A stretch of 64,000 nt of DNA, taken from the NCBI GenBank assembly GCA_000002445.1, contig AL929603.2, forward strand, positions 896,001 to 960,000, read 5' to 3'. The DNA is from Trypanosoma brucei. Lineage: Eukaryota. The position numbers and the translations under genes were made by a program. Shown piece after piece: positions 30,501-38,942 of this stretch. Numbering within the stretch: the first letter of the stretch is position 1; every line of letters starts with the position of its first letter. The notes under the pieces were generated by a model. That model was not told the DNA's origin and did no database searches. It was given only the letters and a program-made list of their open reading frames with translations.

Positions 30501-31993
30501 GTGCAAAGGAGGCAAACGCAAAGGGACATGCGCAGCTTGTGCAGAAACTTCTCGCCTTGTTGGAGGTGCGCGTAAAGTCCAGGAAAAAGAGACGCTGCTC
30601 GTTACCTTTGGAGGGCTCCGTTGTGAGCGAGCGAGAGCGGGATATGCTGTTGAGGAAGATGCTCATGAAAGAAAAGTCTGAGATGAACAATAACAACGGC
30701 AGTGGGGATTCCACCAAAGTCCACAGCAGCCTCGGTGCCACCAGCAATGAATGTGGCCACGACAACACCAAAGGCGATGGTACCAACAGCAGCAACCCAA
30801 CTGCTGGAAGTCCGGACCGTTCTCTGAATCAGGTGGAAGATAAGCCCGAAACCGCTAACAGTTCTTGTGCAACTGCGAGTTTCCCCACACGGCGGCGTGT
30901 CACGTTTGCTGACGCTCCAAGCTCTTCTCCATCGCCAGGGAGATCTCTCCGAGCCTCGCCAGGAGGTGCTGGCGCCGTAAGCACCAAAACTCCCGCGGTT
31001 CTGGGACCATCATCAGCCTCAAAGGCAACGAACCCTTTTAGCAAGCGGCCCACGGGTGGAAAGGCTCCCACAACCGCTTCGACTGCAGCGACGGCAGTGC
31101 AGGCACCGCCGCAGCCCAAGAAACCGATAAACCCCTTCAACAAGTCGGTGAAGGCGGCAACAAGTTCGGTTGATTTGTCAGCTTTACAGAGTCGCTCGTT
31201 AACCCAGTCGCCTGAAAAAGGCGCACCACCCTCCACCACCATGCTTGTTCTCGGAGATTCGCAGTCGCAGGATACCTTTGAGACGGAGGGAAGTGAAGGA
31301 AGGACAAAGGACTTAGAAATGGGGAGGGATGTTGTGGGATCACCCCAGCAGCGCTTGTCATCAAACGCAAGTGCTGTGACTCCACTGTTGTCACCATCGT
31401 TAACAACTTCAGCTGCCGCTTCGGGGACACCGAAAAGAGGCGATGGTGCTGGCATGCAGTCACCAGAGGCTGCAGCACACGGCCCCGGGTGTAACAAAGG
31501 AAATGTTATGCATCCCCAAAAAGGGATTAGTACAGAAACCGTACACCCCGCCACGCAGAAGGATTCTACCAACGGCCTCTACACTGCAGGGGGTTTGGCA
31601 ACGACAACCACAGTTACCAGAACTCAGAATAATAGTGTAACGACGACTCACTTCGTCCCAAAGGTGGAGCCTTTTCTTTCACCACAGAATGCCGTGTCTT
31701 CATCGCTACCAGTGACTAATGAGGTTGCTGATCCGTTCCTCGATGTGAATGATGGTGGTCCCGTTTCGCTTGATTCACTTTTGCTCGATGTGGGCCACGA
31801 TTCATCGGCAACCTTCACTCCACGCAGCGCCTCTTTCGGGGCGGCTTTGCTGAAGCGCTACCGCGAAGAGGAAGAGGACAACAGTAATGGTAGCGTAGGA
31901 TTTGTGGTTGAGACCAAGTTGTCTGCGGCTGCGGCTGGTAATGATATCGACGGCAGTGGTAGTGGCGGAAGTCATGACAACGTTGGCTTGTAG
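27539..31993 (+). CDS. Ctf4/AND-1(WDHD1)-like protein: N-terminal WD40 repeats, acidic spacer, SepB-like beta-propeller/helical domain, long Ser/Thr/Ala/Pro-rich tail
   Basis: The track start 27527 is GTG; the ATG is 27539 (MEHPHLQ). N-terminal WD-like repeats are present (IDGHYALSGGADGVVALHPL; ISCGRDGTVVLHEN). A poly-acidic block follows (DDDDSGSSGG...EEDEEGEDDYDG). The segment FQIGATPPGEEGSCYLAYNSVGYIHCTAEATTIHFHDMS resembles the start of the Ctf4/AND-1 SepB domain as I recall it (FQPGSTP...WNS.GII...YND...I.VEFHDTS). The C-terminal ~450 aa are low-complexity with two NPF tripeptides (NPFSKRP, NPFNKSV). Confidence 0.6.
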   Translation: MEHPHLQVHSPGPIRVSIDGHYALSGGADGVVALHPLRRFPTAQPLWARQCHTGAVTCVRLHTALRLAISCGRDGTVVLHENVISDVNATSNNNSNTNASTAGTDANSGEHTVRVMCRVTGELRTVLFDSERRRVFIAGDSLRCLHMSPSGCVVQTIPMCVPSPVVSLALSPCGGVLAVASASCALGVVSVCSSSSNDSASSHFSRENSQESQERANRLKDLKIVLPNVLTPVAKREDEVAYRLTWCTTGNGALFLLVPRVTEARVLRFEEATTPPYTHRLRHVGNIDSLGLTDLLGVACHPLSVHVISVLLVSGAGTVVGKVDTRKWNIVRIRSQNYTGCADAEVDSTSGDVVVGTLDGRVTYMKREAPKAVGASTKGATEGEGKTNRVSESDCGGAKKKLKTEPSVRDRSRDVTNGDKAGQRNNREVRDGGGRDGSDDGFIVDDDDSGSSGGVKSVSSGSSVMAVEEDFKQVVADLKRTNPTYDDEIDQKERPSRWRREDPRRVIRDVEDGDATGTPRRSVFLDDEAEESSDGNSDDDGREEEDEEGEDDYDGNHVASTVRGHGRKKFNDGGDNDCDSEAVDVGSTSSSTHLPNDAAATHSGAAMGGSPVMDYFFQIGATPPGEEGSCYLAYNSVGYIHCTAEATTIHFHDMSLQAVRVLERGTMLMASLSPVGAAFVIAQEATDMESVDDLVPRLTIYYRTFVSIGLQPDWRLRLHTGEVVRCIATGVRYTAVATSRYLRIFSLSGLQLAVISLFPRIVAMVGTNSKKVMQGYGADFDPLAVCYLEGGGELRLQVLDVGSRSVVVPATTVPVTTTHQLQWMGWSEDGPLHIADTAGVLQMFTQNWGGSWVPVYDPRCMNDQTYNLWIWGVCDESMLVYRSCKDDPPYPAAVASGLPTERVSLFLPLLHSGTERDTVMWDHLIRREVRTDEIKRRSDFYTSNIAKHDMLHDKKIMEFFNKALGDQQTSRAVDLATFLELRDNIEVCAKEANAKGHAQLVQKLLALLEVRVKSRKKRRCSLPLEGSVVSERERDMLLRKMLMKEKSEMNNNNGSGDSTKVHSSLGATSNECGHDNTKGDGTNSSNPTAGSPDRSLNQVEDKPETANSSCATASFPTRRRVTFADAPSSSPSPGRSLRASPGGAGAVSTKTPAVLGPSSASKATNPFSKRPTGGKAPTTASTAATAVQAPPQPKKPINPFNKSVKAATSSVDLSALQSRSLTQSPEKGAPPSTTMLVLGDSQSQDTFETEGSEGRTKDLEMGRDVVGSPQQRLSSNASAVTPLLSPSLTTSAAASGTPKRGDGAGMQSPEAAAHGPGCNKGNVMHPQKGISTETVHPATQKDSTNGLYTAGGLATTTTVTRTQNNSVTTTHFVPKVEPFLSPQNAVSSSLPVTNEVADPFLDVNDGGPVSLDSLLLDVGHDSSATFTPRSASFGAALLKRYREEEEDNSNGSVGFVVETKLSAAAAGNDIDGSGSGGSHDNVGL

Positions 31994-32101
31994 GAAATCT
32001 TGAGCCACCAACTCAGAGTGGCGCAGCATCGCGCTTTCGTACCATAGAATTTTGTGGTGGATCGGGAATGTGCGTATACACGTACATGTACACGTACACA
32101 T

Positions 32102-32108
<7 letters not shown>

Positions 32109-32140
<32 letters not shown>
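32109..32140. repeat. (TA)n microsatellite
   Basis: Visible directly, downstream of the WD40 gene stop. Confidence 0.95.
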
Positions 32141-32143
<3 letters not shown>

Positions 32144-32857
32144 GATGCTTGAGGCAAATGTAACTTAAGCTCAGCGTGCCTCGTGAGGGGTGATGGATGA
32201 GGACTCGGATCGAACGAGAACATGCGTGACAATGGATAGAAGGGAAGGGAAGGGAAGAGAGGGAGAGAAGTCTCTGTCTGTGTCTGTGTGTGTGTGTATT
32301 TGTGTGTTGTGCGGGATGGGGTACATAGAGACATTGTTTGTTTCCAATGTGCGCATAGAAATCGGTGTTGGCAGGATGAAATCATAGGAACAACGGCTAT
32401 TTATTTGGCTCACTGTGTGCAAGGGGTGTGGAGAGAGAGAGAGTATGTTTGGGCAGGCAAGAAAGAAAAAAAAAAAACTGTCAGGCGCGTGTGTAAAAGG
32501 GAGGTTAGGCGAAAGGTAAAGTATTCCAGTTATAGTGTGGCAACAGTATCAAGGCTGATCTCCCTCTATTTGCAGTACATACTGCTTTTTTGCTGCCTGA
32601 TGTGTTAATTTTCACTAAGATGTGCTCTTCTTTCTATTTATTCGTCAATCTGGCGCCAATTCTTTTTCATCTTTCATCTTACGTTTGTTTGTTTTCTTGT
32701 TTCTATTAACCCGCACTGATGAGGATACGGAAAGCATGTGGTCCCAACTTGCCTGCTTTGTGCGTCAACATTTTCTTCTTTGTTATCCATTTTTCATTTT
32801 AATTTCCCTCTGTAAAGTGACATATTGACTAGTAAGGGATAACATCTCATCACAGGC

Positions 32858-33376
32858 ATGACTTCCGCGTACCGCATTCGTGACGCCGCCCCTGCTGACG
32901 CTGGGATTATGGTTCGGATGCTCATGTCTCTGGCTTCCGAGACGGAAAACGTGGAGCTTGACGAGGGCGAAGTTCGCCGGGGCGTCACAACTCTGTTCGA
33001 GCAAGGGAGCCTCGGTCGACTTTATGTTGCCGAAGAGGTCCCGAAAGGTGACACGAACATCAAAGGGCCATCCGATGGCAACCGGTCCTCTCCACAAATT
33101 GTTGGAGTGATGACCGTAACTTATGAATGGTCCGATTGGCGCGGCAAACTGTTCCTTTGGATTCAATCCGTCTACATTATTCCTTCGAAGCGCAAACAGG
33201 GTATTTTTCAAAAGTTTTATGATCATTTAATACGCATCATGGCTGAGGACCCCAAATACTGCGGATTGCGTTTGGCCGTAAATAGTAAGAACGAAAAAGC
33301 AATCAGGGCGTACAAGCAAGTGGGAATGAAGAGGGAGAAATACCAGTTGATGGGTCGCATGAAAAGCAAATATTGA
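32858..33376 (+). CDS. GNAT-family N-acetyltransferase, 172 aa
   Basis: ATG confirmed at 32858. Motif A-like acetyl-CoA-binding region: IQSVYIIPSKRKQGIFQKFYDHLIRIMAED...GLRLAVNSKNEKAIRAYKQVGMKRE (Q/R-x-x-G-x-G/A followed by the typical LxVxxxNxxAxxxYxxxGF ending). Confidence 0.7.
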   Translation: MTSAYRIRDAAPADAGIMVRMLMSLASETENVELDEGEVRRGVTTLFEQGSLGRLYVAEEVPKGDTNIKGPSDGNRSSPQIVGVMTVTYEWSDWRGKLFLWIQSVYIIPSKRKQGIFQKFYDHLIRIMAEDPKYCGLRLAVNSKNEKAIRAYKQVGMKREKYQLMGRMKSKY

Positions 33377-36300
33377 AGGGGAACTGTGTTTATATGCTTA
33401 CCTATTTTTGTGTTTTTTTTTCTTTTTTTTTCTTTTTGATTACTGTGGAGAAAAGAGAAGTTTGAGAAGGAAAAGAGGGAGAAAAGAGAAGGGGAACACT
33501 AAGCACAAATGGAAAAAGAGCCGTGTCGGCATAAGATGAATTATGCATGCGTAAGTGTGCGACAGACTGGGGGTTTTACTTGGTGGAAACTCCTTGGCTG
33601 CGTTATGATTATTACTGTTATTATTTTATTTACTGTTCCCTTTCTATTTCTCCTCTTGTGACCGGTGAAGCTCACAACCGCCATGTTTCCTTGGGTATGT
33701 TGGTATTGGCGGGCTGCTTTTTTTTTTCTTTCCATGGTGCGGGTTCCTCGTTTTGTTTTGTTTTGTTTATGTTTATGTTTATGTTTGTTTGTTTGTTTTT
33801 CCATCTCTGCCGATAATTCCCTCCCTTTTCCCTTCCATTCGCGTTTTGTACTCCTTCCATTTACTTTTCCCTTTCTTCTTTCCTTTAGTTTTGCCTTTTT
33901 TTTTTGTTTGGTCAAACGCTAATGCTTTCACTCTTTTATGTAATTTTCTTTTGGTAATGATTCTACCGTGTACCGTATAAGCATAAGAAAAAATGAGGAA
34001 ATCAGCACCGCAGAAAATGATTTTTTTTTTTCAAAAAGAAAAGAACTATTTTCCTTCTTTCCTATATTTCTAGCTATATATATATATATATATATATTAG
34101 TGCTCATATTTGAATCCGTCATATAAATTGTACAGATACGAAAGAATTACAACGTGCCGCGCGCTGCCGTCCGCCCCCCTCCTTCCCCATAAACGTCGTT
34201 TTTTCCTTTACTTTTTTGTATCCGAAAATAATTAAAGAAAAAAAAGTAAAGAAAGCGAAGAGAAAAAGTAAATAAATGAAGTAAAAGAACGCTCAAATAC
34301 CGAAAAAGAAATACATGTATGGGTAAATGCATACACGTATTTCTTATGAGGTTGAAACGCGCTATTGCTCAATTTGCTCATTTTTTTTTGTTTGTTTCTT
34401 TTTTTACTTTTTTTTTCTTTTAATTGTTCTTCTCTCATTTTCCTGAAGTGATGTCAATTCATTTGACCCACTGAGAAACGTAAATATAAAAAAAAAAAAG
34501 GAAAAGAAGTGATTGAGAGGAGGGGACATGAAAAAAAAGCAAAAAGCAAAAAGCAAAAAGCGAAAAGCAAAAAAAAAAAAGAGGAGGAGGAGAAAATAAA
34601 AGTACGTTTTGTCATTTTTTCTTTTTTTTTTTCAACACCTGAGGGAGGGAGAGGGGGAGGGAGAAGCGCGTGGTAGTAATTAGTTGTAAGCGCATGTGCG
34701 TTATTTTGCATGTGTGTTCAAAGAAAGCAAATCGTTAAATAAATATGTGTGTGTGTGTGTGTTTTTTTTTTTTTTAAAAAGACGAATAAATTATAAATGC
34801 GCTTTGTTTGTGCCCCCGACCAGGCCTTCGCGGAGTTTTTATTTTCCTTTTTTCCTTTTCTTTTTTTCCTTTTTTGAGAGCAATTTAATTTGTTTTTAGA
34901 AGGAGAGGGAACTTTTTGTTACTCTTTTTTTTTTCCTTTTTCCTTTTTCCTTTCCATTACTGTTCACCTCCACAATTTTTTTTTATTTTTACTTTTACTT
35001 TTGTGATTACAATATAATAAAAATATTACTTTACTTTATTTTCCTTTCCTTTCCTTTCCTCTTGTTTTTTATTGTTTTTTTTTTGTCACTACTGACTTCG
35101 CGGTGACCTCAGCAAGAGAAAAGGAAATAAATACATTCTTATATACATATACATATATATACATATGTATACGTACGTATATGTATTTCCATTATCATTT
35201 TTTATCATCATAGTTAATTGCTTTCAAGTGGTGTAACTTTATGGGATAAAAAAATAAAATAAAAATATAAAAAAATGATAAATTTTTTATATATTAACGT
35301 TTATAAATAAATAAATAGATAAATGAATATAAATAAATATTAATATTTATTAATTTGTGTAGATTTGTATAAATTAACCCGAAATTGCTTGTAATAAAAA
35401 GGAGGGAAGTGAAGATGTGAGAAGAGGTGGAAAGAAGGAAGATGAAGAAGAAAAAAAAAAGAAAAAGAAAAAGAAAAAAAGGAAAAGGAAAAGGAGTGAA
35501 GGGAGCGAAAGGAGTTTATTTTCCTCTTGTTTTTTTTATTTTGATTGAAAATTTAACTTTTAATACAAATTTTAAATATTTTAAATATTTTAAATATTTT
35601 ATTCTCCTTTTTTCCCTTTTTCCTTTTTTAAAAAAAAAATACTATTAGTGTTTTAAGGGAAAATTTCTGATAGAAAAAAAGAGAAAAGAAGGACGCAAGT
35701 AAAAGTAAAACAAATCGAAAAGAGCGACGAGGAAGTGTTTATAAAAGGAGAGAAGACACAAAACTGAAGAAGTAAATTAGTAAGTTAGTAGCTTGAGAGA
35801 GTGGCGGGTTTCAATGAACGGTTCAAAGGGAGCAAAAAAAAAAAAGAAAAAATAAACAAACAAGCGAAAAACCAAAAAAAAAAAGGCGTAAAAAAAAAAA
35901 GTAAACTGAAAGGCAGCGAAAACAAAAGAAAAGAAAAAGAAAAAGAAGAGGGAAGGGGGAAGGGGGAAGGGAAGAGGAGGGGAGGGGGATTAAAAAACAA
36001 AAAAAAAATCCAAAATTAAAGCACAATAAAAAATAAACTATGCTTTAAGTTATTAACAACACAACTCTATGAAATTATATGCGTATATAACTTTTTCTTA
36101 TATGTTGTTCATTCACTTTGATCTGTGACTACTTTATAATTCTCTACATTTTTCACATTATTTTTTGAATCTTTTTTTTTCTTTCTTTCTTTCATTTTTT
36201 GTTTTTTCTTTAATTCTTTTCAGTCATACAAAAAGAAAAATTGGTTAATAAATATTTTTTTTTTTTAAAAAGAAAGAAAACACACAAAGGCGCTGTAGTG

Positions 36301-36706
36301 AAAAAGACGGAAGGTTTTTTTTTTTTAAAAAAAGAAGGTGGAGAAGGGGGGAGGGGCATTTCATCGGTGTAAGTTTTCGCAGCGGAAGGGAAGGGAAGAA
36401 AATTATTGTGTGTGTGTGTGTCTGTGGAATTTCAACCAGCAAATAAATAAATAAATAATAGTAATAAAAAAGTAATAAGGAGAAGATTATTTACTTATTT
36501 ATTAATATACTATTATTACTACCGTTATTATTACCGTTACCACAATAGAAGTAACACCAACACCAACAGCAACGGCGTCAAAACAGCAAAACAGATATAT
36601 AAATATATAGAAGCAAAACTTTTCAAAAAATAATATAACAATATATATATATATATATAAAGGAATAAAAAGGGGTCGGGGAATAAAAAAAGAAAGAGAA
36701 GGGGCC
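33377..36706. repeat. 3.3-kb AT-rich low-complexity intergenic region made of many short simple-sequence repeats
   Basis: No ORF over ~90 aa in any frame. Contains (TA)n at 34076-34098, (AGCAAAA)n at ~34538-34575, (TTCCT)n at ~35041-35062, (TAAATATTT)n at ~35575-35605, (AAATAAAT)n at ~36446-36470 and long A/G-rich and T/C-rich strand-biased blocks. Confidence 0.8.
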
Positions 36707-37594
36707 ATGAAGGGTGCCGTGCCATCCACATGGGCGTCGCTTGCATCCGTATGGAAGAAAACAGTAGGAGAATTTGAACTGTCAACTCTTCTCATGGCGC
36801 AGGCGGTTGCGATGTTGGCACTTTATAAAGTAACTAATGGATTTCAAATGCCATTCCGCTCCCTCTTCTTTTTCATACTTGTGATTTATGTCATTTTACT
36901 CGCCCTGCACCTCGTCGGCGCTGTTCCCCTCCTTTTCGAGGTTTATGACATTATTGTACGGAATTATACCTCAACACAAGAGGGCGACAGTATGATTCAC
37001 CTTTGCAGGGATCTTCATGAGCTGGCTGAAACGGAGCGTGCGCGTGTGATGTTTGTTCTCACTCTTGTGTATGTTTTCCTTCAATCTTTTTGTCTACCGG
37101 GATCTGCACTCATCAACGCGGCGATTGGTGCCGTCATTGGCCTTCCATTAGGTGTGCCGTATTGTGTTTTAATGGGTACTGCTGGAGCCTCCAGTTGTTA
37201 CACAATTTCTCACATTATTGCGGGGAGATGTAATGGTCATAACAACCGTCTCGTGCAGAAACTCCGCAAACAAGTGGAGGAGCGAACTCCTAGTGATTTA
37301 TTTGCTTATTTTCTGTTGCTCCGACTTACGCCCGTCGTGCCAAATTGGCTACTTAACATGGCTTCCCCCGTTGCAGGCGTGCCGTTACCGACTTATGCTG
37401 CCGGTACGCTTATTGGAATTATTCCACAAACGTACATTTCTGTGAGATTTGGAGAGGCAGCACTCACTACGCTGTCAGGTGAGGAATTAATGATGACACC
37501 TTGGGATATGATGTGGATTGGAATTCTCTGCATTGTTGTGTTTGCCGGATGTATGCTCAAGAGACGTTATGGGAAAGTGGATTGCAACACGTAA
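36707..37594 (+). CDS. TVP38/TMEM64/DedA-family (SNARE-associated Golgi protein-like) membrane protein, 295 aa
   Basis: ATG confirmed at 36707. Multiple TM helices. VTT/DedA-type motif: LQSFCLPGSALINAAIGAVIGLPLGVPYCVLMGTAGASSCYTISHIIAG, then LLRLTPVVPNWLLNMASPVAGVPLPTYAAGTLIGIIPQTYI. Confidence 0.7.
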   Translation: MKGAVPSTWASLASVWKKTVGEFELSTLLMAQAVAMLALYKVTNGFQMPFRSLFFFILVIYVILLALHLVGAVPLLFEVYDIIVRNYTSTQEGDSMIHLCRDLHELAETERARVMFVLTLVYVFLQSFCLPGSALINAAIGAVIGLPLGVPYCVLMGTAGASSCYTISHIIAGRCNGHNNRLVQKLRKQVEERTPSDLFAYFLLLRLTPVVPNWLLNMASPVAGVPLPTYAAGTLIGIIPQTYISVRFGEAALTTLSGEELMMTPWDMMWIGILCIVVFAGCMLKRRYGKVDCNT

Positions 37595-38353
37595 TGGAGA
37601 GTGTGGAGCAGTAAATGTGAGAAGTACCATACGACACGATACGGTACCATACCATGCTGTGCCCTGCCATGTGATATAATTTAAGCATTAGTGTTGTTGT
37701 TGTTTTTGTTACTGTTGTTATTGGTGGGAGAAAAGAAAGATTGCATAGAAGGTTGGATGTGGTGTGAAGGGGAGGGGAGAAAAGAAGAATGGAATGAGAG
37801 GGAGTGGAATTGAAGTTAAAACACTCACACACAAAAGCAAGGGCCGTGTGCGTGTATGTGTGATGGAAGACTGGGAGACAGAAAAGGGTAATGAAGAAGC
37901 AATAGAAGGGAGTGAAATGTTTCGCGAGTTGCAAAAGTTTAAGACGGTCGCGGCTCCACAGAAGTGTTTTGTGAAGTCGCATATTTGCTTCTCGCCTCTC
38001 CTGTTTTTGCTTTTATATCCTTCGGTATGTTGGAAGGTATTTATCCCATTATTTTATTTTTCATTGTTGCTATTATTGTCGTTGCATTGGCGTATTTAAT
38101 CCATTTCTCTCCGTGTATCCTCCTCTTCCTCTTCCCCTTTCCCTTCCTCATTTCATTTCATTTCCCTTCCTTTTCTGTTTCGCTTTCTTTTTTCTTAGCA
38201 TCTTTTGTTTGTTTGTTTGTTGCGGTTGTTTAACGTTTCTCCCCCCCTTTTTCACGAATTGCGAGGGCCACTTGACCCCTTAAACTTGCTACTTGTACTG
38301 GTGTTGCTGTTTCCACGCAACTTCTCCTTCTTACTCCTTTCCTCTTCCCCTGT

Positions 38354-38386
38354 TTCATTTCATTTCATTTCATTTCATTTCATTTG
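38354..38386. repeat. (TTCAT)n pentanucleotide repeat, ~6.5 units
   Basis: tttcatttcatttcatttcatttcatttcattt, visible directly. Confidence 0.9.
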
Positions 38387-38544
38387 ATTGACTGATTAAT
38401 ATATTAGCGTGCATATTTGTACACGTATTTGCATTGAAAAATATTATTGCAGTGGCAATTATAGTAATTGAGGGCGAGACGTACAAGCGCAAATATTATA
38501 CATAAATAACAGACAAAAAAGTAAATACAAGAACTATACGTACA

Positions 38545-38569
38545 TATATATATATATATATATATATAT
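38545..38569. repeat. (TA)n microsatellite
   Basis: Visible directly. Confidence 0.9.
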
Positions 38570-38942
38570 CCCTAGTTTAGTTGAATTCTCGATTCTGCTC
38601 GCCGTCGCAGGCTATTTTGTAGTTTTTTTAAAAAAAAACCCTTTCCCCCCTTACATCTTTCCGCGCATAACGACGCGAGATCAGCCGCTGAGGCACTCCC
38701 CATCACTGCCGCCACCGCGGCTGAATGGTGGTGGAGTGAGTTCCCTTCCATCATTGGTAAATCGTTCGGTCGCTCATTCCGGCACCAGTGCCGTGAGTCC
38801 CATTTCAAACCAACAGCTCCCGCACCAACGGGGCCCAACCGTTTCGGAGTTGTTGCAGACCGTAGCAACTCAAAAGCAAGAAATAGAGAGACTTACGGAT
38901 AGTGTCAATGCTGTTCAGCGTAACTTTGAGCGGCTGAGTGAG

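Noticed and set aside
30829-31572. 247-aa minus-strand ORF
   Set aside because: Lies entirely antisense within the 1488-aa WD40/Ctf4-like gene. Ala/Gly/Val-rich translation is typical of antisense reading of GC-rich coding DNA. No upstream signals.
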